A stretch of 64,000 bases of DNA from an uncultured Roseburia sp. Lineage in GTDB: Bacteria; Bacillota; Clostridia; Lachnospirales; Lachnospiraceae. Below the pieces are notes generated by a model. That model was not told where the DNA came from and did not search any database. It worked only from the letters and a program-made list of their open reading frames with translations. This document shows positions 9,040-18,329 of the stretch, one piece after another. The position numbers and the translations under genes are program-made. Numbering within the stretch: position 1 is the stretch's first letter; the number at the start of each line of letters is the position of its first letter. The stretch covers positions 1,877-65,876 of the forward strand of contig CAJJOP010000011.1 of the NCBI GenBank assembly GCA_905193415.1, given 5' to 3'.

Positions 9040-10020
9040 ATGAGTATGATCAATTCTGTAGCAGGTCCTCTGAACACGGAGGATATGGGACGCACACTGA
9101 TGCATGAGCATTTTCTGTATGGTTATATGGGATACCAGGGCGACTGTACACTGGGCGGTTTTAAAGAAGAGGAATATACAAAATCCTGCCTTCAGGCAGC
9201 AGAAGATGCCAGAGCTTATGGCGTGCAGACGATCGTGGACGCCACTACCAATGAATGCGGACGTAATGTGCGTTTTCTGAAAAAAATTTCTGATATGACC
9301 GGAATGAACATCATCTGCTCTACCGGATTCTATTTTCAGGCAGAAAGCTGCTATGCTTACTGGAATTTTCGCAAGGCTTTTGCCAATGTGGAAGATGAAA
9401 TCTATGAAATGATGGTTACAGAGCTGACAAAAGGCATTGACGGAACAGATATAAAGGCTGGCGTTATCAAACTTGCCAGCAGTTATCAGCAGATCACTCC
9501 GATGGAGGAAACATTTTTCAAGGCTGCCGCACGTGCGCAAAAAGAGACTGGCTGCGTCATCATTACCCACACACAGCAGGGTACAATGGGACCGGAACAG
9601 GCAGAACTTCTGACTTCCAGTGGTGCTGATCCGAAAAAGGTTGCCATCGGACATATGTGCGGAAATATCGATGTGGATTATCATGAAAAAGTTTTATCTT
9701 ACGGTGTCTATGACAACCTGGATCGTTTTGGTCTGGAAGGAGACCTATTCCATACCCCTACGGATGAGCAGCGCATGGATCTGATCAAATCCCTTTCCGA
9801 TAAAGGATATGGAAACAGGATCCTTCTCGGACACGATTCTGTAAATGTGAATCTGGGACGCCCAATGCTCATGAATGATTTCATGAAAGAGGCTTTAAAA
9901 GATGCAAATATCCGTACCATTGGCGCAAAAGTTCTTCCGGGACTTGCCAAAAGAGGCATGTCTGATACTCAGATCAACGCTCTTTTGAATGCTAATCCGA
10001 AGGCGCTGTTTTCACGCTAG
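9040..10020 (+). CDS. Phosphotriesterase-like amidohydrolase/lactonase
   Basis: TLMHEH, IVDATT, GRNV, AGVIKLA (carboxylated Lys), THT, IGHM, LLGHD: full binuclear metal ligand set. Confidence 0.9.
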   Translation: MSMINSVAGPLNTEDMGRTLMHEHFLYGYMGYQGDCTLGGFKEEEYTKSCLQAAEDARAYGVQTIVDATTNECGRNVRFLKKISDMTGMNIICSTGFYFQAESCYAYWNFRKAFANVEDEIYEMMVTELTKGIDGTDIKAGVIKLASSYQQITPMEETFFKAAARAQKETGCVIITHTQQGTMGPEQAELLTSSGADPKKVAIGHMCGNIDVDYHEKVLSYGVYDNLDRFGLEGDLFHTPTDEQRMDLIKSLSDKGYGNRILLGHDSVNVNLGRPMLMNDFMKEALKDANIRTIGAKVLPGLAKRGMSDTQINALLNANPKALFSR

Positions 10021-10029
10021 GAGGTGCCT

Positions 10030-10539
10030 ATGAGTCAGAAAACCGTTATTATTTTCAGTCTGTGGACCAGCGTATGGGCTGCGATTTTTTATCATTTTTA
10101 CAGCGTTTGCTGCAGCAGTTTTAATGTTCCGTGGGTAATGTTTGTCTGTATGGCAATCTTCTTTGGCATGGGCATGAAACCGAAGCAGGTGCCTGCTGCG
10201 ATTCTCTGCGCCTTCTGTGGAATGGCATGGGGACAGGTAGATTTCCTGCTCATTGCAGGTTTTCAGAATGCAGGACTTGGATTATATGGCGCAAGCTTCC
10301 TTTCTATCGTCATTGGAACAACTGTTGCCATGTACATACATCTGAAATTGCTGGCAAATACGCCTTTTCGTCACATGCCCTATATTTTTGCCGGCGTATG
10401 CCTGACTTTCTCCCAGGGTGGCGGCAATGTAATCGGACTTGGAAGTACGTTTGTAATGGGCATCGTACTTTCGGCGCTGTGTACTCTGTGCCTGAACTTC
10501 TGTATGAAAAAGTTTCCGTTGGAAAAAACAGAAGAATAA
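10030..10539 (+). CDS. DUF1097-like membrane protein
   Basis: Hydrophobic 169 aa; WVMFVCMAIFF, GMAWG, PYIFAG. AGGAGG RBS overlaps the upstream stop codon. Confidence 0.7.
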   Translation: MSQKTVIIFSLWTSVWAAIFYHFYSVCCSSFNVPWVMFVCMAIFFGMGMKPKQVPAAILCAFCGMAWGQVDFLLIAGFQNAGLGLYGASFLSIVIGTTVAMYIHLKLLANTPFRHMPYIFAGVCLTFSQGGGNVIGLGSTFVMGIVLSALCTLCLNFCMKKFPLEKTEE

Positions 10540-10558
10540 GTTGATTCATTTTGAATAT

Positions 10559-10619
10559 ATACGCCCCCGGAGAATACATTCACACGGTTCCTTTACGAAT
10601 GGATTCTCCAGGGGCGTAT
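10559..10619 (+). terminator. Long-stem terminator after DUF1097
   Basis: ATACGCCCC-CGGAGAAT...ATTCTCC-AGGGGCGTAT followed by a T-tract. Confidence 0.7.
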
Positions 10620-10745
10620 GTTTTTTCTTTAGTTTCTCTGAATCACTGCCACTGATAATAAAAAACAGAAGTATCTTTCACGGAATACAATTCCTTTGTG
10701 AAGGTACTTCTGTTTTTTCTTGCCTGTTGGCGACTATTTACACAT

Positions 10746-12185
10746 TTATTTCAGAATCTCATCCGCAGCATTTTCTCCGGCGATACGACCGGAGTTTACG
10801 GCGAAACCAAAGCCATGTCCACTCATATTTACGTTATAAACATCTGCATCGGCTCCCCCGAAATCTACGCCTGCAACATACAGGTTCTTGCAATGGCTGT
10901 AGTCCGGCTTCAATGCCTGAAAGTTTTCGTTGACACGGATTCCACCATGTGTGATCAGCATGTCTGAGCCTGCTTTGATGGCATAATATGGCCCCTCTTC
11001 CAGTGGCTGCAGATAACGCGCTTTTTTGGCAAATACCGCATCTCTGCCTGCATGGCAGTCTGTATTATAACTGCTTAGTTCTTCAGTAAGCATTTCCGGT
11101 TTACATCCGATAAATTCTGCAAGTTCTTCTATCGTATCAACTTTGCACATGATACCATCTGCACATGCCTGAATAATAGTATCTTCCAGCTTTTCTTCTG
11201 CTTTTTCCGGAATATGGATCAGTTCAATCATATCCCTTCCATCGTTCAGTATCTGTTCTTTGTTTTTCTCGTTGAATACAACCCAGACATCTCCTCCCGG
11301 CTGGCGCATACATGCATTGGCAGCTTCTGCAAAATTATAGACGATGCTTTCATCTGCAAATCTGCGGCCAAACCGATTAATCCATACGTTTGTCGGTCTG
11401 CCAATCAGAAGATTTAATGCATCATATCCCTGTATCTTCGGAGCTACGATCTCCATGGCAAAATTTCCTTCGATATCGGCGCCTGCTTCCAACGCCATGC
11501 GCACGCCGTCGCCCGGATGACGCATACCTCCGCCCTCTGCCACTTCTTCCGGTTTGAAATCCGGGTAATATTTTTTGATCATTTCTTTATTCCCGGAAAA
11601 ACCACCGGTGCACAAAATCGTCTTTTCCGCATAAATATTAAGTTCTGTACCGTTCTGGCTCTCAAAGACCGCTCCGCAGACTTCCCCTTTCGGATTGGTC
11701 AAAAGTCTGGTTCCTTTCATCCCCGGAAGTATAATGGCACCGTTCTCTTCACAGTACTTTTTCAGGCAGCGGATCACAACACGACCGACATTTTCTTCTG
11801 TTTTTGTAATATGGAATACTTCCGGCATCTGATTCGGAATATGATGCACAACATCAGTAAAGGCAACGCCTTTTTCCATCAGCCAGCTGATCGTATCTCC
11901 GCTTTTGTCAATCAGTGTACGGATAATGCGTCCGTCTATTTTCCAGTGGGAATATTCCATACACTGAGTAAAAATCTCATCCGGATCTGCAAATGTTAGC
12001 TTGCGGCGCTGGATCATACTGTCCACGCCAAAAATTCCCCGCGGGAACAGTCCATTTCCGCCTACCGCATTTCCTGCTTCTGCCACAACTACTTTCACGC
12101 CTTTTTCCACAGCAGCTGCCGCAGCTGACATGCCTGCCGCGCCGCCTCCAATAATCAGTAACTGTGTTCTGCTCTCTTTCATCAT
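10746..12185 (-). CDS. FAD-dependent oxidoreductase (fumarate reductase/flavocytochrome c flavin subunit-like)
   Basis: IIGGGAAGMSAA, ILCTGGF, GDGVRMA, WINRFGRRFADE, THGGIRVN, NLYVAGVD, SGRIAGE. Confidence 0.85.
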   Translation of the reverse strand: MMKESRTQLLIIGGGAAGMSAAAAAVEKGVKVVVAEAGNAVGGNGLFPRGIFGVDSMIQRRKLTFADPDEIFTQCMEYSHWKIDGRIIRTLIDKSGDTISWLMEKGVAFTDVVHHIPNQMPEVFHITKTEENVGRVVIRCLKKYCEENGAIILPGMKGTRLLTNPKGEVCGAVFESQNGTELNIYAEKTILCTGGFSGNKEMIKKYYPDFKPEEVAEGGGMRHPGDGVRMALEAGADIEGNFAMEIVAPKIQGYDALNLLIGRPTNVWINRFGRRFADESIVYNFAEAANACMRQPGGDVWVVFNEKNKEQILNDGRDMIELIHIPEKAEEKLEDTIIQACADGIMCKVDTIEELAEFIGCKPEMLTEELSSYNTDCHAGRDAVFAKKARYLQPLEEGPYYAIKAGSDMLITHGGIRVNENFQALKPDYSHCKNLYVAGVDFGGADADVYNVNMSGHGFGFAVNSGRIAGENAADEILK

Positions 12186-12241
12186 TTTCCTCTCCTGCCT
12201 GTTTTCATTAGGTTTCTAGAAAACTTGTTCTATATCCCTTC

Positions 12242-13030
12242 TTATCCACAGATAGCTCCCATGTCTGCCACAATCGCTTCCCCATTGATCATGTTAGACA
12301 GATTGGAACCGAGGAACAGTGCGATAGATGCGATCTCGTCCACGGTGCCCAACCGTCGCTGTGGAATCTCATGAAGTACTTTTTCCCGGAATTTCTCATT
12401 GGCAAATACTTCTTTGTTGATCTCTGTCTCCACATATCCCGGACAGATAGCATTGACCTGAATGCCGTAGCGGCTCCACTCCATCGCCATGGTCTTGGTC
12501 AGATTGATCACAGCCGCTTTGGAAGCTCCGTACAGAGATAATCCGTTGGAACCTTTTAATCCGCCCACAGATGCAATCTGTATGATCTTGCCGCCTCTAT
12601 GGTCTGCTGACATCCGTTCTGCTGCTGTCTGGGAACCAAAGTACACACTCTTCAGATTAGTATCCATGACTTTTTCATAATCTTCCTCTGTTACCTGAAG
12701 AATCTTCTTTGTGATCGCTACACCAGCACAATTGACCCAGATATCGATATGTCCGAATTTCTGTTCTGCCTGATCCGCCAGCCAGTGAATCTCATTGATG
12801 TTCTGCACATCTGCACGCACGCCCAGCGCAATACCACCCAGATTGCGAATCTCTTGCGCCACTGCATTGCATTCTTCCTGTTTTCTTCCGGTTATGACAA
12901 CGCTGGCATGGCAGCGGGCATAGGCAAAAGCGATGGCTTTCCCAATGCCTTTGGTACTTCCTGTTATCACAACCGTCTTTCCGGCATAATCAAAATCCGG
13001 TATTTTTACCGGCCACTGTTTTTTCTCCAT
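12242..13030 (-). CDS. SDR-family oxidoreductase
   Basis: TGSTKGIG, NCAG, YGASK, NAICPG. The start could be at 13060. Confidence 0.9.
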   Translation of the reverse strand: MEKKQWPVKIPDFDYAGKTVVITGSTKGIGKAIAFAYARCHASVVITGRKQEECNAVAQEIRNLGGIALGVRADVQNINEIHWLADQAEQKFGHIDIWVNCAGVAITKKILQVTEEDYEKVMDTNLKSVYFGSQTAAERMSADHRGGKIIQIASVGGLKGSNGLSLYGASKAAVINLTKTMAMEWSRYGIQVNAICPGYVETEINKEVFANEKFREKVLHEIPQRRLGTVDEIASIALFLGSNLSNMINGEAIVADMGAICG

Positions 13031-13080
13031 TTTATTTTCTCTCTTTCCTGTATTTTCCATATAAATAATCTAAAAATACT

Positions 13081-13200
13081 TTTTCATAGCTATTTATGTC
13101 GCTAGTTAAAGACTATGGCATGGGTATTAGTATGAAATATACATTTTTATGACTATTTGTGCCGTCAGCCAAAGGCTATGGCATGGATATTAATGTGAAA
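13081..13200 (+). repeat. Two tandem ~57-bp imperfect palindromes, 63-bp period
   Basis: 13081-13137 and 13144-13200 align without gaps; the differences are transitions. Confidence 0.7.
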
Positions 13201-13289
13201 CGGAAAATGCCCCGCATAGATCTACGATCCGTGCAGGGTATCTCCCATTCGGGCAGTATGATGTTCCTGCCTTCTCTTTTGTTGTTCAG

Positions 13290-14255
13290 TTAGAATTTAT
13301 GATGTAATTTCAGGATTTCAATCAACATCTTGTCACGATATTTTGCGATCTCCGGATTTGTATGTCCGATCTCATCCGGAAAATTTTTCATCATATGATC
13401 TACAGATGCCTGAGCGATCTCGCCATATTCTTTGTTCGGCATATGTTTCCAGTCAGCCATGTCCGCCAGCCATACATCTCCGCCATCGCCAAGCATTTCC
13501 ATCATGCCTTTTAATCCGCCCGGATTGCCAAGCTGCATGATCATGTTGTGTCCAAAGATTGCCCAGCGGATACCCGGTCCGTAAGTCAGTGCTTTATCTG
13601 CATCTTCTGCATCGCAGACACCGCGCATAACAAGATCAATCATCTCACGGTATACCGCAAGTTGCAGACGGTTTGCGATATAGCCCGGGCACTCTTTTTT
13701 CAGGACAACGGCTTCTTTTCCGATGGACTGATAAAAATCTTTTGCAAGCTGTACGTTTGCCTGATCTGTTTTCTCACTGTATGTAATCTCAACCAGTGGA
13801 ATCAGATGTGGCGGATTGTACGGATGACCGCCGACACATCTCTCTGGATGTACCGCATTCGCTGTCACATCAGAAATCAGAAGCCCTGATGAACTGCTGG
13901 CATAAATTGCATCTGCAGGCGCTGCTGCCTCGATCTCTGCAAGAATGCTCTGTTTGATCGGCAAACGTTCCGGTCCGTTCTCCTGAATGAACTGCGCATC
14001 CTTTACAGCCTCTGCGATCGTAGTCGTATAAGAAATATTTGCTTTGATTCCTTCAATCTCTTCTTTTTTGATTGCGCCGAACTCTACGAGAGAATTCAGG
14101 TTACTGTCGATATGCTCTTTACATTTTTCAATACACTCATCATTAATATCATACTGATATACTTTCAAGCCACGGAATGCGAACAGTGTCGTCCAGCTTG
14201 ATCCGATAACGCCGCCGCCGATGGAAGCGACCTGTTTGATATCTTCTGCTTTCAT
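13290..14255 (-). CDS. 3-hydroxyacyl-CoA dehydrogenase family, L-carnitine dehydrogenase/lambda-crystallin-like
   Basis: IGGGVIGSSW, IQENGPE, ASSSSG, GHPYNPPHLIPLVE, PGYIANRLQ, GPGIRWA. Confidence 0.9.
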   Translation of the reverse strand: MKAEDIKQVASIGGGVIGSSWTTLFAFRGLKVYQYDINDECIEKCKEHIDSNLNSLVEFGAIKKEEIEGIKANISYTTTIAEAVKDAQFIQENGPERLPIKQSILAEIEAAAPADAIYASSSSGLLISDVTANAVHPERCVGGHPYNPPHLIPLVEITYSEKTDQANVQLAKDFYQSIGKEAVVLKKECPGYIANRLQLAVYREMIDLVMRGVCDAEDADKALTYGPGIRWAIFGHNMIMQLGNPGGLKGMMEMLGDGGDVWLADMADWKHMPNKEYGEIAQASVDHMMKNFPDEIGHTNPEIAKYRDKMLIEILKLHHKF

Positions 14256-14312
14256 ACTCTTATGTCCTCTCTGCTTATAGGTAATCGTTTTCACAATTTC
14301 TCATGATCTTAA

Positions 14313-15470
14313 TTAGCACATCTCGAAGATGCCGGCTGCACCCATGCCGCCGCCGATACACATAGTTACAAGACCATATTTTCCGTTGTTATCCTGAAGG
14401 TAATCCAGTGCTTTACAGGTCAGGAATGCGCCTGTTGCTCCCATTGGATGACCAAGCGCCATAGCGCCGCCGTAAGGATTTACTTTCTCCGGATCCATCT
14501 TCAGCTCACGGATACAAGGAATTGCCTGTGCTGCAAATGCCTCGTTCAGCTCAATCACATCCATATCATCAATAGTCAGACCTGCACGTTTCATTGCTTT
14601 CGGAACTGCATAGATCGGGCCAAGACCCATCATGGTAGAATCACATCCTGCAACTGCGAAAGATTTCAGTTTCGCAATTGCTTTGATGCCAAGAGATTTT
14701 GCTTTCTCCGCTTCCATCAATACAACAAATGCTGCTGCATCAGAAGTCTGGGAAGAAGTAGCTGCTGTTACAGTACCATTTTCAAGGAAGCACGGTCTTA
14801 ATGCTGCCAGAGATTCCATAGAAGTATTTGGACGGATGCCCTCATCCTCTGTAACAACTTTCTCATTTCCCTCTGCATCGATAACAGTTACCGGGATGAT
14901 AGACGGAGCAAGTTTACCATCTTTCTGCGCTTTTGCAGCTTTTCTGTGAGATTCTACAGCCATTTGATCCATTTCTTCTCTTGTGAGGCCGCGATTTTTT
15001 ACGATGTTCTCAGCGGTAATACCCATTGCCATATATGCGCCTGGCGCATGGTCGTTTAACCACGTATCCTGATACTCTTCCGGATATGGTTCAAAAGTAC
15101 CTGACATATCTTCTACACCACCGGCTACGATAACATCTCCCTGTCCCATAGCGATCGCATTTGCTGCAGTAGCGATAGCCTGAAGTCCGGAAGAGCAAAA
15201 ACGGTTAATGGTATGACCGGATACGCACTCCGGAAGTTCTGCTCTTGCCACAACGCTCTTTGCAATATTCATAGATGTTTTGTAATGCTGTACCGCACAT
15301 CCCATGATAACGTCCTCAATATCTGCACGGTCAAGCTGTGGAATTTTATCCAGCACGCCTTTTAAAACCTGTGCTGAATACTCAATCGGATGTGTTCCTG
15401 CGAAAGAACCTTTTCTCGCGCGGCACACTGCGGAACGACCATATGCTACAACAACTACTTCTCTGCTCAT
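14313..15470 (-). CDS. Thiolase (acetyl-CoA C-acyltransferase)
   Basis: NRFCSSGLQ, ELNEAFAAQ, GHPMGATG, TMCIGGGMG. Confidence 0.95.
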   Translation of the reverse strand: MSREVVVVAYGRSAVCRARKGSFAGTHPIEYSAQVLKGVLDKIPQLDRADIEDVIMGCAVQHYKTSMNIAKSVVARAELPECVSGHTINRFCSSGLQAIATAANAIAMGQGDVIVAGGVEDMSGTFEPYPEEYQDTWLNDHAPGAYMAMGITAENIVKNRGLTREEMDQMAVESHRKAAKAQKDGKLAPSIIPVTVIDAEGNEKVVTEDEGIRPNTSMESLAALRPCFLENGTVTAATSSQTSDAAAFVVLMEAEKAKSLGIKAIAKLKSFAVAGCDSTMMGLGPIYAVPKAMKRAGLTIDDMDVIELNEAFAAQAIPCIRELKMDPEKVNPYGGAMALGHPMGATGAFLTCKALDYLQDNNGKYGLVTMCIGGGMGAAGIFEMC

Positions 15471-15587
15471 AATCTTGATACCCTCCTGGAAAATATAATA
15501 TAAAAGTTATTTGTATAAAATATTCAACTTTCTCTGATAAAACGATACCACATTTATCATTCCGACTGAAATACTCCTTTTTTTCCT

Positions 15588-15610
15588 GCTTATACAAAAA
15601 AAACATAACC
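15588..15610. promoter_or_regulatory. LysR box GCTTAT-N11-ATAACC between the divergent thiolase and lysR genes
   Basis: Same motif as the other boxes, in the classic divergent LTTR position. Confidence 0.7.
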
Positions 15611-15697
15611 AACTTTCTGCTGATATTTTTTTGCTCAAATTTTATAAAATATATGTTATACTGATAACATCGCAACATATGAGGAGGATTTATTTTT

Positions 15698-16594
15698 ATG
15701 GATATCAACAGACTGAATGAATTTATCGTTCTGGCCACTCATCTAAATTACAGCAAAGCAGCCAACCAGCTGTTCCTGACGCAGCCCGCACTGAGCAGAC
15801 ATATCCACGATCTGGAACAGACGCTTGGAACCAAGCTTTTCATTCGGGATACACATAATGTTTATCTGACTTCTGTAGGACAGCTTTTTTTTACAGAAGC
15901 AAAAGATATCGTAGATCACTACAACCATGCATTGCAGCTGGTTAAGGAAGCAATCTCCGATACCTCCGGAAAGCTGAGCATCGGATTTCTCGGCGCCGCT
16001 GTACAGCCATTTCTGGCAGGATTTACCACCCAGTTCAACAAAGATCATCCCCAGATCAGACTTTCTTTTGAGTGCAGTGACCTCGACCCGCTGATTAAAA
16101 TGCTGAACGAAGACAAGATCGATATATGCTTTGTTACCCATGTAGACAGCAGTTATTTGCCTGGACTGCAGGGCGAAACCATCCTGTCTGACCGTCTGAT
16201 GGTCGTGGTACATCCGGATCATCCGCTTGCAGGAAAAAAAGAGGTGTCTCTGGCAGAACTGTCTAATATACCATTTATCGCTTTTAATCATAATGATAAT
16301 CCGATCACCAATGATTTCCACCGTCAGATGTTTAAAAAAGCAAATTCTACATACAACATCAAACATGAGGTTCCGAATATTGAAACTGCCATGTTCTTTG
16401 TGGAGATCAACGAAGGAGCATTTATTATCCCGACACACCTTACTTCCATGACAAAGGATCTGGTCACAATCCCTGTCACTGATGAAAACTGCTGTATCAA
16501 CTTAAATCTTCTTTGGAAAAAGAATAATCCGAATCCTTCCATTCCGATCTTCCATAAAGCATTTGCTTCTTTCATGCAGGATATCGAGCTGTAA
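15698..16594 (+). CDS. LysR-family transcriptional regulator
   Basis: LNYSKAANQLFLTQPALSRHIHDLEQTLGTKLFIR helix-turn-helix plus substrate-binding domain. Confidence 0.95.
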   Translation: MDINRLNEFIVLATHLNYSKAANQLFLTQPALSRHIHDLEQTLGTKLFIRDTHNVYLTSVGQLFFTEAKDIVDHYNHALQLVKEAISDTSGKLSIGFLGAAVQPFLAGFTTQFNKDHPQIRLSFECSDLDPLIKMLNEDKIDICFVTHVDSSYLPGLQGETILSDRLMVVVHPDHPLAGKKEVSLAELSNIPFIAFNHNDNPITNDFHRQMFKKANSTYNIKHEVPNIETAMFFVEINEGAFIIPTHLTSMTKDLVTIPVTDENCCINLNLLWKKNNPNPSIPIFHKAFASFMQDIEL

Positions 16595-16598
16595 AATC

Positions 16599-16669
16599 AA
16601 AACAGATCTGTCTTGTTTCATATCCTGGCAGGAATTGCCCCATTTCATGAAACATGACAGATCTGTTTT
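16599..16669. terminator. Bidirectional terminator between lysR and the CoA-transferase gene
   Basis: AAAACAGATCTGTC-TTGTTTCAT...ATGAAACAT-GACAGATCTGTTTT. Confidence 0.75.
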
Positions 16670-16760
16670 TTGTACGCTTTCACTGCCCGAAATCCTGATT
16701 TTCTGCTAATACAGCAACAATTTCAGCAAACAGGAAAACTGTATTTTTACAAGTATGATA

Positions 16761-18074
16761 TTAATCTTCTGTATACTTGCAGTTATAACGTTCTTCAAAT
16801 ACTTTGATCAGTTCCGGTTTGAAGTCCGGATGCGCAATCTTGATCAGCGCTCTTGCTCTCTCTCTGCATGATTTTCCCTTCAGTCTTGCAATACCATACT
16901 CTGTCACGACGTAATCAGCATCGCAACGCTGTGTAGTTACGATAGCACCCGGATCCAGATCCGGCACAATCTTGGAGATCTTTCCTTTTACGGTAGACGG
17001 CATAGCGATGATGGCTTTTCCGTGTTTTGCCATAGCTGCGCCGCGGACGAAATCAAGCTGACCGCCAATGGCGCTGATCTGCATCGGTCCGATGGATTCA
17101 GAACAGATCTGACCGGTAAAATCAATCTGTACTGCAGAGTTGATGCTGACGATATGATCCAGTTTGGAAATCTGGATCGGATCATTAGTATAATCTACTG
17201 GCTGCATGTTAATCTGTGGATTATGGTCTACAAAATCATACATTTTTCTTGTTCCCATAATAAATGCTGTGGTGGATACGCCTTTATCAAACGTTTTTTT
17301 GCTGTTGTTTACGACACCTGCATTCATCAGATCCATAACACCGTCACACATCAGTTCTGTATGGATGCCAAGATCTTTTTTATCCATCAGGGATGCGCAG
17401 ACTGCATCCGGGATAGATCCAATACCAAGCTGAAGGGTATCGCCATCTTCTACCAGAGATGCACAGTTTTTACCAATATTGATCTCTACCTCTGTCAGCG
17501 GTGCAGGTGGAAGTTCCGGAATCGGTTCATTGTGCAGTACAAAGCAGGTAAATTCAGATACATCTACCATAGAACTGTCACTGATCGTATATGGCAGCTG
17601 ATCATTAACCTGTGCGATGACAATTTTTGCATTGGTAATTGCGCCTCTGGTGTAATCACAGGACAGACCGATGCTTACTTTTCCATTATCATCTGGCGGA
17701 GTTACATACAGCATCAGCACATCGATGGGAACGGTTCCGTCAGACATCAGACCCGGAATCTCATGAAAATGCGCCGGAGTAAAATCTGCACGACCTTCCA
17801 TGATTGCTTTACGGCTCAGACCGCTGGCAAAGAATGAATTGTGACGAAGATGTCCTTCCATGCCCTCTTCTGTACAGTAACGGTGTTTTCCACTGGATCC
17901 CATGTGGCATACAGTTACATTGGTAAACCAGTCTTTGTGGTCGCACATATTTTCTACCAGATAGGTAGGCTCTCCCATAGAATGCGCCAGAAACATGGTG
18001 CTGTTGTCCGGTATTTTCTTTAATGCTTCTTCTACTGTCACGATCCTGCTCTCGTATATATCTCTCCAGCTCAT
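16761..18074 (-). CDS. Acetyl-CoA hydrolase/transferase family (4-hydroxybutyrate CoA-transferase-like)
   Basis: LQLGIGSIP, LGIHTE (catalytic Glu), SINSAVQID, GGQLDFVRGA, VVTEYG. Confidence 0.9.
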   Translation of the reverse strand: MSWRDIYESRIVTVEEALKKIPDNSTMFLAHSMGEPTYLVENMCDHKDWFTNVTVCHMGSSGKHRYCTEEGMEGHLRHNSFFASGLSRKAIMEGRADFTPAHFHEIPGLMSDGTVPIDVLMLYVTPPDDNGKVSIGLSCDYTRGAITNAKIVIAQVNDQLPYTISDSSMVDVSEFTCFVLHNEPIPELPPAPLTEVEINIGKNCASLVEDGDTLQLGIGSIPDAVCASLMDKKDLGIHTELMCDGVMDLMNAGVVNNSKKTFDKGVSTTAFIMGTRKMYDFVDHNPQINMQPVDYTNDPIQISKLDHIVSINSAVQIDFTGQICSESIGPMQISAIGGQLDFVRGAAMAKHGKAIIAMPSTVKGKISKIVPDLDPGAIVTTQRCDADYVVTEYGIARLKGKSCRERARALIKIAHPDFKPELIKVFEERYNCKYTED

Positions 18075-18329
18075 ACTCTTACCTCTCTTTTCTTTTTATA
18101 TACTCTCAGAATCTTTTAAACGAAAAATTCTGAGATAGATTTTTATCATGTTCAGAATCTTATAAACAAAAAACTAACTGTCCAGACAAAGTGATTCATT
18201 TATAAAATTCTGAACACCTCTTTTTGAAAAATCCCGGAAGCTTCTCATTGTAAATAATACGTTTGGGAAGATCCCGGGATTTCAATCAAATTTCTGCTGA
18301 AATGGTTGCACAGTTTCCTGTTTTATGTT

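Noticed and set aside
13081..13200. CRISPR array
   Set aside because: Only two degenerate units with no unique spacer, and no cas genes in the window.
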